Source of the DNA: Candidatus Poribacteria bacterium
Lineage (GTDB): Bacteria > Poribacteria > WGA-4E > JAJDTR01
Direction: 5' to 3'
Assembly (NCBI GenBank): GCA_965222225.1
Contig: CBDCTK010000002.1
Span: 3,424,001 to 3,488,000, forward strand
DNA: 64,000 nucleotides
Shown: piece after piece, positions 29,708 through 39,456 of the stretch
How positions within the stretch are numbered: the stretch's first letter is position 1
Layout: each line of letters opens with the position of its first letter
The notes under the pieces: model-generated
Database searches by the model: none
Seen by the model: the letters and a program-made list of their open reading frames with translations, nothing else
What the model was told of the DNA's origin: nothing
Translations under genes and position numbers: made by a program

Positions 29708-30576
29708 GTTCACGTAAACCGTCGCCCCTAGTCCTACTCCTCGCCTTCGTGTGTCTCTTCCTGACCTTCCCAGACCTCTTTTGGAAACATAAATCCTCTG
29801 CGTTTGCCCAAACGCCACGAGCCCCGGAGGGAATGGTTCGAGTTCCTGCCGGTGAGTTTGCCATGGGCAACGATGATGGGGCACAACATGAAAAGCCTAA
29901 TCACAAGGTGTTCCTCGATTCCTACTATATCGATCTGCATGAAGTCACCAACGCAGAATATCACGCCTTCTGGATTGCTGATGGCAGTGAGGATAGCGCC
30001 CACACCCCCGTCAGTTATGGCGACAGGCTTGGTGTGGAAAATTGGCCCAAGATTGCTAAGACCAAGCCGGACTATCCGGTGGTGGGCGTGTCTTGGCATG
30101 ATGCCGTTGCCTATGCAAAATGGGCTGACAAACGATTGCCGACGGAAGCCGAATGGGAAAAAGCCGCGCGGGGAACGGATAGCCGGCTATGGCCCTGGGG
30201 GAATGCCTTTTCGCTGCGAATCCGAGGAACGAACGTCCACGCTAACGTGTGGGGCAGCAACGATGGTTATCACGATGGTCTAGCCCCCGTGGGAACTTAT
30301 CCAACCGGCGCAAGTTCGTATGGCGTTCTGGACATGGCTGGAAATGTCTGGGAATGGGTGGCAGATTGGTATTCGGAGTCTTACTATCATTGGGGACCGT
30401 CTCGAAATCCCAAAGGCCCCGAACGCGGAGGCAGGCGGGTAGTACGGGGCGGTTCGTGGGCAAATGGAGCACAACTGACACAATGCTCGAATCGTATGGG
30501 ACACTATCCAGCCGTAGGAACGAGTTTTATCGGTTTTCGTCTCGCAAAGGACGCCGAGAAAGAATTGCAGGAATGA
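29704..30576 (+). CDS. SUMF1/FGE-sulfatase domain protein
   Basis: EVTNAEY, RLPTEAEWEKAARG, DMAGNVWEW, RGGSW, GFR. Confidence 0.92.
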   Translation: MSSRKPSPLVLLLAFVCLFLTFPDLFWKHKSSAFAQTPRAPEGMVRVPAGEFAMGNDDGAQHEKPNHKVFLDSYYIDLHEVTNAEYHAFWIADGSEDSAHTPVSYGDRLGVENWPKIAKTKPDYPVVGVSWHDAVAYAKWADKRLPTEAEWEKAARGTDSRLWPWGNAFSLRIRGTNVHANVWGSNDGYHDGLAPVGTYPTGASSYGVLDMAGNVWEWVADWYSESYYHWGPSRNPKGPERGGRRVVRGGSWANGAQLTQCSNRMGHYPAVGTSFIGFRLAKDAEKELQE

Positions 30577-32282
30577 GTATAACGACAAATTGGTTGACTT
30601 CTTTACTCACAAATAATAAACCTTGGTTTGCTTGTTTGGTAATACTGTTGGCGCCGCCTATAGTACACGGTGACATGCCTCAAGTTGAATTTACCGATGT
30701 CACCGTAGGTGCCGGGATTAAATTTCGGCACGTAAACGGGGCAAAAGGCGACTACCATCTTCCGGAGACCATGGGCGCTGGCGGGGCGTTCTTTGACTAC
30801 GACTCCGATGGCAATCTCGATCTCTATCTCATCAACAGCGGATATTTAACAGACACTGCATCGCAGGCGTCGGTCACAAGTATTCTCTATCGTAACAACG
30901 GCGACGGAACGTTTACAGACACTACGGCCCAAGCAGGTGTTGGCAACGCCGGGAATTACGGAATGGGCGCCGCGTGCGCCGACTATGACAACGACGGGGA
31001 TACCGATCTCTACGTCACGAATTTCGGTACGAACATACTTTATCAAAACAACGGCGATGGTACATTCACGGACATAACCGATAAGGCGGGCGTCGGGGAT
31101 GAGTTGCTGGGAAGTAGCGCAACCTTCTTCGATTACGACCGCGATGGGCACTTGGACCTTTACGTTGTCAACTACGTTCATTATGCGGTAGATGTCCCGC
31201 GCCGTCCATGCGGCATTAACGGCATCCGCACTTACTGCCATCCGGAGCACTTTATTGGCGCCCCCGACCAACTTTATCGGAACAATGGCGACGGTACATT
31301 TTCGAATGTCACTGAGGCGGCAGGTATAACAAACGTCAGTGGCCCCCACAGCGGAAAAGGCCTCGGAGTCATCGCGGCGGATTTCAGCAACGACGGAGAA
31401 CCCGATCTCTACGTCGCCAACGACACCACTCCCAACTTTCTCTTTTACAACAACGGGAACGGTACCTTTACGGAGATTGGTCTTTTCTCGGGTTGTGCCT
31501 ATAGCTTTGACGGTATTGCGCAGGCAAGCATGGGGGTTGACGCCGGAGACTACAACCGCGATGGGTTCTTGGACATCTTTGTGATTAACTTCTCTCAAGA
31601 AACAAACGCGCTCTACCAAAACAACGGCGATGGTACATTCACTGATGTAATTTACGACGTGAACCTGGGAAAGGAGAGCTACATCTTCCTTGGATTCGGA
31701 ACAGGTTTTTTTGACTATGACAACGATGGGTGGCTCGACCTCTTCATTGCAAATGGGCACATTAGCGACAATATCGAACAGATTACCAATGTAGTGACGT
31801 ACGCACAGCGTGACCAGCTGTTCCATAACAACAAGGATGGCACGTTTACCGAAGTGTCGCTAAGTTCCGGCAGCTATTTTCAATACGAAGGCGTGGGACG
31901 CGCCGCAATCTTCGGGGATTATGACAATGACGGAGACGTTGACATCGCCGTAACCCAATCCAACGGCCCCGCCCATCTACTACGCAACGATGGCGGAAAT
32001 CGCCAGAACTGGCTACGCGTTAAACTCGTCGGTGCCAAGAGTAACCGTGATGGCATTGGTGCGCGAATTCGCTTAACGGTGGGTGACGAATCCTGGGCAC
32101 AAGAAGTACACGCAGGGCATAGTTACTTGTGCAGCAACGATCCGAGAGTCCTTTTTGGTCTAGGTGATGTCCGAACGGTCGATCACTTGGAAGTTCGCTG
32201 GCTCAGTGGAACCGTGCAGGTGCTTGAGCATATCCCTGCAAACCAAGAAATCGTCATTACTGAACCGGATAGCGAGAAGTGA
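30573..32282 (+). CDS. CRTAC1 family protein (FG-GAP repeats + ASPIC/UnbV)
   Basis: Repeated DYDNDGxxDL / NNGDGTFTD; SNRDGIGARI; ATGA overlap with the upstream gene. Confidence 0.9.
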   Translation: MSITTNWLTSLLTNNKPWFACLVILLAPPIVHGDMPQVEFTDVTVGAGIKFRHVNGAKGDYHLPETMGAGGAFFDYDSDGNLDLYLINSGYLTDTASQASVTSILYRNNGDGTFTDTTAQAGVGNAGNYGMGAACADYDNDGDTDLYVTNFGTNILYQNNGDGTFTDITDKAGVGDELLGSSATFFDYDRDGHLDLYVVNYVHYAVDVPRRPCGINGIRTYCHPEHFIGAPDQLYRNNGDGTFSNVTEAAGITNVSGPHSGKGLGVIAADFSNDGEPDLYVANDTTPNFLFYNNGNGTFTEIGLFSGCAYSFDGIAQASMGVDAGDYNRDGFLDIFVINFSQETNALYQNNGDGTFTDVIYDVNLGKESYIFLGFGTGFFDYDNDGWLDLFIANGHISDNIEQITNVVTYAQRDQLFHNNKDGTFTEVSLSSGSYFQYEGVGRAAIFGDYDNDGDVDIAVTQSNGPAHLLRNDGGNRQNWLRVKLVGAKSNRDGIGARIRLTVGDESWAQEVHAGHSYLCSNDPRVLFGLGDVRTVDHLEVRWLSGTVQVLEHIPANQEIVITEPDSEK

Positions 32283-32348
32283 CGAAAGTCGGTTATCTGA
32301 AACTGCCATTCACTTCAGCGCTGCAATGCGGCGTGAGCATCTGTAGGG

Positions 32349-32467
32349 ATCAAACGAACGAATAGTGAGTGCGATAGCAATCTTTGATAACGAAGGATCA
32401 AGGGATTGGATAATGACCGCGATAGAGTTCTCATAGAAAATTCCGTAGTGACTGCGATTGGAATCTT
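32349..32467 (+). repeat. GA-hairpin compound array (full unit, then nested pair with inner 32397-32432, then a suffix)
   Basis: Follows GTAGGG; two full units and three fragments. Confidence 0.88.
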
Positions 32468-32544
32468 CCCCTCGTCCGTTACTCCATGCAGGTCGGCGAA
32501 CCAAATCCCTACGGAACGGAACGCACTGTCAAATGTCAAAAAAC

Positions 32545-33252
32545 CTAGTTCTCGGGTGGGATATTTTGTGTGGCGTTTATGTGGATTGTGCGTCGACCTG
32601 ATTTGGAACTCAACGCGGAGTGAAATAATTTGTGGTTCATAAAGAGCACATCGCCCGGCTCGTTTATCAAATCGTACCGGCCCGGAACTTCCTCAGCCGG
32701 TGCTCCCAACGTTTCGATCGATTTGATGCTTCTCTGATCGGGATCCGTGCCTAATGCTTCTCGAAACTGTGTAAAGTGGCTTCCGGGAATCACGCTGAGA
32801 CATCCCTCCTCGGGACCGAGCCGATCCAAATAAATCGCCGCGCGCATGGTGAAATAACCCTCTCTAGCCACATTGTCGTGATGCCATCCGCTCCCGCCGG
32901 CATGAATCAGTCCTTCGGTCACGGTTACCCTGAAGTCATCACCCATCAAGTTTCTAAAGATAGAGACAATCCGCTCATCATCCAGTAACGGATAAAACAC
33001 GTCCGGGGCATAGTCGAAAAACGGGATATACGGCACTATGGTGTTGTTGACTTGCTGCCTAACCGCGGAATAACCACGGGCGTCTTGGTGAAGTTCTGGT
33101 TCCGTCGCCTCGTTGCGTGCGCTCTTCATCGCGGCGTCAAAGGCGTCGGAAAGCGCTTTCATCTCCTCGGCAGAAAACAACTGCTTGCACATAAGAAACC
33201 CGAACGTATGGAAATGAGTCACCCATTCCGCCATTACCTGTTTCTCTATCAC
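32545..33252 (-). CDS. PhyH family dioxygenase (possibly C-terminally shortened)
   Basis: WHHD, GCLSVIPGSH, PGDVLFMNHKLFH. Confidence 0.85.
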   Translation of the reverse strand: MIEKQVMAEWVTHFHTFGFLMCKQLFSAEEMKALSDAFDAAMKSARNEATEPELHQDARGYSAVRQQVNNTIVPYIPFFDYAPDVFYPLLDDERIVSIFRNLMGDDFRVTVTEGLIHAGGSGWHHDNVAREGYFTMRAAIYLDRLGPEEGCLSVIPGSHFTQFREALGTDPDQRSIKSIETLGAPAEEVPGRYDLINEPGDVLFMNHKLFHSALSSKSGRRTIHINATQNIPPEN

Positions 33253-33267
33253 GGCGAGTCCTCTATC

Positions 33268-33708
33268 CTACTCCTTCACCATCTTAGCTGCCGCCGGATC
33301 GAATCCGTCAGGAAACTGTGTTTGTGAGTTATAATGAACGCCTTCCAAGACTGCTTCATCGAGGTTGGCTTCCCGAAGATCGGCACCACACACAGTTGTT
33401 GGACGAGTATCTGCTCCCTCAAGATTCACTCGACTCAAAGAACGCCAGCGATAAACACCCTCGTTAAGATCGGCGGTACAAAGGTTTGCGTCGCGTAGAT
33501 TCGCCCCACGTAGATTAGCTCCGCGAAGGTCCGCGCCACGTAGATCAGTCCCTGACAAGTCCGCCCCTTGCAGATTCGATCGCGTCAGGAATATCCGATG
33601 CAGATTTGCGCTACTTAGATTTGTGCCATTGAGGTCCATCTCGGCGAGATAAACCCCACGGAGATCCGCTCCCGGTTCAATGACACATCCATTTACAGTT
33701 CGGCTCAT
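33268..33708 (-). CDS. Pentapeptide repeat protein
   Basis: A(D/N)LxG repeats. Confidence 0.9.
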   Translation of the reverse strand: MSRTVNGCVIEPGADLRGVYLAEMDLNGTNLSSANLHRIFLTRSNLQGADLSGTDLRGADLRGANLRGANLRDANLCTADLNEGVYRWRSLSRVNLEGADTRPTTVCGADLREANLDEAVLEGVHYNSQTQFPDGFDPAAAKMVKE

Positions 33709-33718
33709 CTCATATCTT

Positions 33719-34513
33719 CTAATTGGGACCCGAACTCCGTCTTTTAATGGCGCCCCAAGTGGTGGTTACTTTATCACGTGCGGAAACGGCAAGTAACGTC
33801 CCTATACCATTTTCCATAACCTCCCGGACTTCGTCTTCCGACAATGGTCGATTCCAGAAACCGATTTCGTCCAGAGCACCGTTGAACCATTCTGATCTGC
33901 CCTCCCAAGGCAGACGATTACCGAAGTGCATCGGCTTCCCGGTTACAGGAACTTCCCCTAGAATCTTGTTGCCAACTTCCTCGCCATCACGGTACACGAT
34001 ACTCGCTTCATTAGGCTCGTGCGACCATACAACATGATACCATTTCCCGAAGCTCCCGATCGGCTTCCCGTCGGAAAACCCCCAGGCACCTCCAATCCCC
34101 CAGTGGTGACGTTTGTCACCGAGTATATACCACTGAATTCTTGTGCCATCGCCGCCGGATTTATCCATGATTGCGCCGCCCTTCGTTGGCTTCATCCAGT
34201 GGGCAAGAGTGAAACCGTCCGGCAGATCATCAATATCCTTGGAATTCTTGACCGTTATAAGCGATTGTCCTCTGAGGTCGAACGCCTTTCCGACTTGTGC
34301 GTCATCAGTCCACACCCCGTTGTCCATCTCGATTTCGCCATGGTGTTTGCCAACCAAATCGCCCATGATGTCCCCGCGCCCCTCATCGAGTGGCCAATAC
34401 GCCACAAGACCGTCAAGGAGATTGGCGTGCACGCTTGCCTGAGTTACAAGCACGAATACAACCATGAGTAGCGCAAGATTGAATCGGTTCTTGACTGTTA
34501 CTCTCAACATCAT
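33719..34513 (-). CDS. Secreted LamG-like jellyroll protein with TWGxIK tail
   Basis: Signal peptide, GLVAYWPLDE, WYHVV, FNGALDE..WNRPLS. Confidence 0.85.
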   Translation of the reverse strand: MMLRVTVKNRFNLALLMVVFVLVTQASVHANLLDGLVAYWPLDEGRGDIMGDLVGKHHGEIEMDNGVWTDDAQVGKAFDLRGQSLITVKNSKDIDDLPDGFTLAHWMKPTKGGAIMDKSGGDGTRIQWYILGDKRHHWGIGGAWGFSDGKPIGSFGKWYHVVWSHEPNEASIVYRDGEEVGNKILGEVPVTGKPMHFGNRLPWEGRSEWFNGALDEIGFWNRPLSEDEVREVMENGIGTLLAVSARDKVTTTWGAIKRRSSGPN

Positions 34514-34670
34514 CAATCCTCCTTCACAGCCTGAAACAGCCTGAATCGTTGAGTGTCCCAATCGGCAAGCCATTGAGCCTCCCGAATACATGGGGACCGG
34601 GAACACTGCGCACCTGGAATACAACTCGCAAACTTAGCGGGAATCAGTTTTACAAGTGAATCCGCCGACC

Positions 34671-35735
34671 TCATCGATTCGCGGGTAACTTCCGCCCCGA
34701 CTGTTTAATCTCTCCCCACGTTACCGTGCGCTTCGCCTTTGAAGACACCGAAAACGCAATCTTCGGATCAAACCACGATGGGTATGTATCAGACCCGGGA
34801 TCATTCGTCACATTTCTAGGGTTGCTGCCATCCGCGCCCATAATATAGATTTCGTTGTTTCTATCGCGATTTGTGGCAAAAGCAATCTCCTTGCCATTCG
34901 GAGACCACGTGGGGTGTCCGTCCCAGACAAAGATATTCTTGGTCAACTGCTTGGGGTTGCCGCCATCTCTATCCATGACGAAGATCTCGCTATCACCGTC
35001 TAGATCGGACTCAAACACTAACTTGTGGCCCAATGGCGGCTGCCATCCCGGCTTTTTCTCGTTCTTGGGAGTATTTGTAAGATTCTTTTTTTTGTCTCCC
35101 GTTCTGTCCATTACAAAGATGTCGTAATTTCCCGTTCGATTGCTCGACCACGCAATCCGTTTGCCATCGGGCGACCAGGATGGGCTTTCATCTTGCGCAG
35201 AGTGAAAAGTGACTCGAAAACTGGTTTCCTGATCGCCGTCTCCAAGGTCGGCAAACGGAAACGGATCAATATTCTTCTTCCTGTCCTCGACAATGCGGAC
35301 AACCCAAACATCAAAATTCCAGTTGTCGGCCCCGTGTGCGTGTACGACAGCAAGCCAATTCTCATTCGGCGACCATGAAGGCGTGAGATCCCGGTTGCCG
35401 GCTGTGACGACTCTAATGTTCTCTCCATCGTTGTCCATGATGTAGACTCTCTCGAAATGTGATTCCCGATCGGAAGCGAACAGGATTCTGGTTCCATCCC
35501 GAGACCACGAAGGCGATATATCCTGCTTGGCATGCTTCGTTATTCGCTGCACATTCTCCCCATCGGGGTTTATCGCAAAGATATCCTTATTCTTTTTTGC
35601 CTTTCTATCCGACACAAAAACAATGCGCGCAGTCTCCGGAGGCTCTACCGCAATTGCATTTACCACCACCAGTAGCATACTCATGAGAATGACGCCGCAT
35701 AGAACGACACATAGCCGCTTATCAATACGTTGCAT
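34671..35735 (-). CDS. Secreted TolB-like PD40 beta-propeller with TWGxIK tail
   Basis: Repeated PSWSPDG / PTWSPNG; signal peptide. Confidence 0.88.
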   Translation of the reverse strand: MQRIDKRLCVVLCGVILMSMLLVVVNAIAVEPPETARIVFVSDRKAKKNKDIFAINPDGENVQRITKHAKQDISPSWSRDGTRILFASDRESHFERVYIMDNDGENIRVVTAGNRDLTPSWSPNENWLAVVHAHGADNWNFDVWVVRIVEDRKKNIDPFPFADLGDGDQETSFRVTFHSAQDESPSWSPDGKRIAWSSNRTGNYDIFVMDRTGDKKKNLTNTPKNEKKPGWQPPLGHKLVFESDLDGDSEIFVMDRDGGNPKQLTKNIFVWDGHPTWSPNGKEIAFATNRDRNNEIYIMGADGSNPRNVTNDPGSDTYPSWFDPKIAFSVSSKAKRTVTWGEIKQSGRKLPANR

Positions 35736-35868
35736 TTTGACGTCCTTTGCCGATCAATTGACCGTTAACTCGTAAAATCAAAACCTAATAACCAGTGAAA
35801 GTGAATAAGCGCACCACTAAAATTGCTTTATTCGGAAAAATCTAAAACTTCAACACGTCAATATAAAA

Positions 35869-35900
35869 GAAACCGAGTTTCTTCGAAGAAACTCGGTTTC
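35869..35900. repeat. Perfect 32-bp palindrome (uninterrupted host-type element, possible terminator)
   Basis: GAAACCGAGTTTCTTC GAAGAAACTCGGTTTC. Confidence 0.85.
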
Positions 35901-35991
35901 CTTATTCCTTGCACGGTCAAAATGGGCGGGCTATCGAGACGTATTCCGCCACTTTCTGGCAAAATCAAGTAGTCAAAAATTCAATCGCTCG

Positions 35992-37056
35992 TTATTTCTC
36001 CGCTCGTTTTCGCCCGGACTGCTTTATCTCGCCCCAAGTGACAGTGCGTTTGGTCTTGGGAGAAACCGAAAATGCAATCTTGGGATCGAACCAAGCAGGG
36101 CTCTGATCAGACGCAGCGTTATTCGTCAGATTAACGAGATTGTTGCCGTTGGCATCCATCACATAGATTTCATTGTTTCTGTCACGATTTGTAGCGAAGG
36201 CAATCTCTTTGCCATTCGGCGACCATGTGGCCTGACCATCCCACACGAAGACATTCTTGGTTAACTGTTTGACGTTCCCTCCATTCGCATCCATCACATA
36301 GATTTCACTATCCCCGTCTCGGTCGGACGCGAAAACAATCTTTTCTCCCAACGGCGGCTGCCAATCCGGCCCCTTCTCCCCTTTGGGATTATTCGTAAGA
36401 TTTTTCTTGTTGTCCCCATTTCTATCCATGACGAAAATATCGTAGTTGCCCGTCCGGTTACTTGACCATGCAATCTGTTGCCCGTCCGGCGACCAAGAAG
36501 GGCTTTCGTCTTGCGCCGAGTGCTTCGTAAGTCGAAGACTGTTGATCTCGTCGCCGTTGCCGAGTTCGCTGAATTTATACGCAGCCATCTTCTTCTTCTC
36601 ATCTTGCATGCGAACAATCCAGACATCAAAATTCCAATTGTCATTGACGTTCGCGTGAACACAAGCAATCCAATTCCCGTTCGGCGACCAAGATGGCGTC
36701 AAATCCCGCGTTCCATCCGTGATCGTGATGACGTCCTCCTCTCTATCAACGGCGCTAAGAACGCGGATATGCTCCCACGAATCGTCCCGAACGGCTGCCA
36801 TGGCGAACCGAGTGCCGTCCGGTGACCACGTAGGTGATATATCTGCTTTTGCATGGTCGGTTATTCTATCTACGTTACTCCCATCGGCGTCCATGACAAA
36901 GATATCTTTATTCTTTTTTACTTTTCGGTCTGACTCAAAAAGCATTCGTGCGACCTCCGGAGGCTCCTGGGCAGTCCCACTCGCTACGACGAGGAGCATA
37001 CCCATCAAGCAGACGCCAAGAAGATTCATGCTCAAACATTTCTTATACTCTTGCAT
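35992..37056 (-). CDS. Secreted TolB-like PD40 protein, tandem paralog, with TWGxIK tail
   Basis: Colinear with 34671-35735 (HSAQDESPSWSPDG, WQPPLG, WFDPKIAFSVS). Confidence 0.88.
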   Translation of the reverse strand: MQEYKKCLSMNLLGVCLMGMLLVVASGTAQEPPEVARMLFESDRKVKKNKDIFVMDADGSNVDRITDHAKADISPTWSPDGTRFAMAAVRDDSWEHIRVLSAVDREEDVITITDGTRDLTPSWSPNGNWIACVHANVNDNWNFDVWIVRMQDEKKKMAAYKFSELGNGDEINSLRLTKHSAQDESPSWSPDGQQIAWSSNRTGNYDIFVMDRNGDNKKNLTNNPKGEKGPDWQPPLGEKIVFASDRDGDSEIYVMDANGGNVKQLTKNVFVWDGQATWSPNGKEIAFATNRDRNNEIYVMDANGNNLVNLTNNAASDQSPAWFDPKIAFSVSPKTKRTVTWGEIKQSGRKRAEK

Positions 37057-37191
37057 GTTTTCCCCCTTTATATATTGCAGCCTACAAACCCGTGTGAAGT
37101 TCAGCGAACGTTCAATACTACGTTGTCCGGCCATCAAGGATGATGCCGATTGACACCAAATAGTCAAATTTATCTTAGGAGTTCCGTAAAC

Positions 37192-38064
37192 TCATTCGCG
37201 CGCGTATCCACGTGATTTAATTCTGCCCCATGTAGCTGTGGATTTCCCGCTAGGGGCAACACTTAACTTAATGCTGTTGTTCATGAAGTTTCTCAGTTCA
37301 GTTCGTGTGAGCGCGACATCAAATAGTGCTACCTCATCAATCATGCCACGGAAAGGTTCGCCCGGCGCAGCCACAGACCGCTCGCCGATAACAAAAAGCG
37401 GCTTGCCGTCAAATCCGATTTTGCCCTTGCGGTCGTTGTGATTGGCTACCTCATCCCCGTTTACGTATGAAATCGCCTCTCTCCCCGTGAAGATGAAAGC
37501 AATATGATTCCAATTGCCGGGAAGAATCGACCCGGCATCATATTCCCAATCGGCATCATCTCCATCGGGACCGCCACCCTCGCGTCCGTGAGCAGGCGCT
37601 TTTCCATCCAAGGTAAGCCAAGTCGCCATTTGCCCATTCCGGACACCAATCTGGTGACCAACCCAAGGATTGTCCCAATTCCCGCCAGCATCATACGGCA
37701 CGCCGCAGCAAAACTGGGTTGGCGCAGCGTCATCCGGGTTGACCCACGCCATCAATGACAATTCGTCGGTCAGACGCAGACCATCCGAGTTTCGAATTTC
37801 AACTGCATTCCCGGCTTGTCCTGCAAACTGTACGGCCTCGCCGGCATCGGGAACGGGTGCTTTACTATTAACAAACTTAACATTGCCTTTTTTTCTGCCG
37901 TCATGCCCATTCCCCGTAGCATCGTCATAATCCCCGTTAAACTGCCAGTACGCCAGAAGATTCTCAGGACTCTGCGCAATACCAAGGACGGGAAATAGCA
38001 TACAGATTAAAAAACTGGATATCGCCAATATTGCGACATTGCATCTCGTTAAAGGTATTCTCAT
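37192..38064 (-). CDS. Secreted LamG-like protein with TWGxIK tail
   Basis: LLAYWQFNG, LMAWVNP, WNHIAF, FRGMIDEVALF. Confidence 0.85.
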   Translation of the reverse strand: MRIPLTRCNVAILAISSFLICMLFPVLGIAQSPENLLAYWQFNGDYDDATGNGHDGRKKGNVKFVNSKAPVPDAGEAVQFAGQAGNAVEIRNSDGLRLTDELSLMAWVNPDDAAPTQFCCGVPYDAGGNWDNPWVGHQIGVRNGQMATWLTLDGKAPAHGREGGGPDGDDADWEYDAGSILPGNWNHIAFIFTGREAISYVNGDEVANHNDRKGKIGFDGKPLFVIGERSVAAPGEPFRGMIDEVALFDVALTRTELRNFMNNSIKLSVAPSGKSTATWGRIKSRGYARE

Positions 38065-38122
38065 TTCACCTTTACTAATTCCAAGAAAACAGTGCTTTAT
38101 TTAACCTAAAGTTGCCACCTTT

Positions 38123-38181
38123 GTAGCACAAGGGATCTCTATCGCACTCGCTATTTGCTCGCTTGATCTGTTAGATTGTGC
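38123..38181 (-). repeat. GTAG palindrome interrupted by a GA-hairpin unit on the minus strand (38132-38167)
   Basis: GTAGCACAA[unit, reverse complement]CTGTTAGATTGTGC; removing it restores GCACAATCT GTT AGATTGTGC. Confidence 0.9.
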
Positions 38182-38311
38182 TTGTGATGCGCAAACTGAC
38201 AGTTTGCGCCAGTAGCAACTTGGGTTAATTATGAAGAGAGAGTTAGGATGGGAAGGTGGAGGCATGGGAAAATAAGATACCCATTCTCCACACAATTGAA
38301 GGTGTTAAAAT

Positions 38312-39175
38312 CTAACGGCCCTTGATGCTACCCCAAGTGGCAGTCAATTTCCCCACAGACTCGACAGCCGTTCCCACGCCCGACAAGTCTGCGCCGTTAC
38401 TCATAACGTCCTTAACCTCGTCCTGTGAAAGCGCCGCATGGTAGATAGCGACCTCGTCAATCAAACCGCCAAACGGTTCGCCCGGTGCGTGCGCAGAACG
38501 TTCGCCGATAATGAACAGGGGAGTTCCGTTAAACCCGATAGCTCCGGTGTGTCCACCCTCCTCCTGAATCACTTCGCCGTTGACATACGCGGTGACGCCA
38601 TCATTGCCATCGAAAACCATACAGATATGTTGCCATTCTCTACTGAGAACCGTGCCATCTGCCGTATTGAATTCCCAATCGGCATCATTGCCATCAGGGC
38701 CGCCGCCTTCGCGCCCTCCTGGAGCAGGAGCCCTGCCGTCAAGAGTTATCCAGTTCGCCATTCCACCACCGCGAACGCCGATCTGTATACCGATCCACGG
38801 ATTGTCCCATTCCGGCTCGTCATCATACGGGAAGCCCGCCGCAAATTGCGTCGGAGCCGCATCATCCGCGTTCACCCACGCCATCAATGTAGCCTTGTCG
38901 GTTGGGTGCAGCCCCACTGAGTTGTCGATGATAATGGCGTTCCCGGGTTCCTGTACAAACGACATGGCAAATCCCGGATTGGCGACCGGAGCGTCGCTCG
39001 GTACCGGTAGGACAGGACCGCTCGGCCTACCGTCACGCCCTGCACCTGTATCATCTTTGGCGGGGTTGTTCTCATCGTTGAATGTCCAATATCCCACCGG
39101 GCTTACCGACATACCAACGAGAGGAAACACCATCGTCAAACTGGCAATAGCCAGTATCGCTACGAAACACTTCAT
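38312..39175 (-). CDS. Secreted LamG-like protein, paralog of 37192-38064, with TWGxIK tail
   Basis: Shares DDAAPTQF, WDNPW, REGGGPDG.DADWE. Confidence 0.85.
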   Translation of the reverse strand: MKCFVAILAIASLTMVFPLVGMSVSPVGYWTFNDENNPAKDDTGAGRDGRPSGPVLPVPSDAPVANPGFAMSFVQEPGNAIIIDNSVGLHPTDKATLMAWVNADDAAPTQFAAGFPYDDEPEWDNPWIGIQIGVRGGGMANWITLDGRAPAPGGREGGGPDGNDADWEFNTADGTVLSREWQHICMVFDGNDGVTAYVNGEVIQEEGGHTGAIGFNGTPLFIIGERSAHAPGEPFGGLIDEVAIYHAALSQDEVKDVMSNGADLSGVGTAVESVGKLTATWGSIKGR

Positions 39176-39316
39176 AAAATACCTCCTAATTTTTTTGAAC
39201 CGTGGACATCGGGCGATTTTCCCTAATCCACGGATGAGTTAATCAAAATACGTCGCACGTGGTAGCGTTACTACCTCGTTTGACATATAGCGAATCCGAT
39301 ACATGAGATTCACACC

Positions 39317-39345
39317 ATTCTACTGACTTTAGTCTTTCATGTCAA
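39317..39345 (-). promoter_or_regulatory. Putative sigma70 promoter
   Basis: Minus strand TTGACA-17 nt-TAGAAT. Confidence 0.55.
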
Positions 39346-39456
39346 CGAAAAAACTAAGCCGCAGTTTCCGCTTCACCAAATTGACATCTCCCACCATCAC
39401 CTTAGCCGCTTGGTAGATGAAATGGTATGAACGAGCCCAATCTATGTGAGAGCTTT

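Noticed and set aside
30249-30572. N-terminal extension of the CRTAC1 ORF
   Set aside because: It overlaps the SUMF1 gene; the ATGA-coupled start at 30573 is more plausible.
30846-31826. 326-aa antisense ORF and many other shadow ORFs
   Set aside because: They lie opposite well-supported genes and show no motifs.
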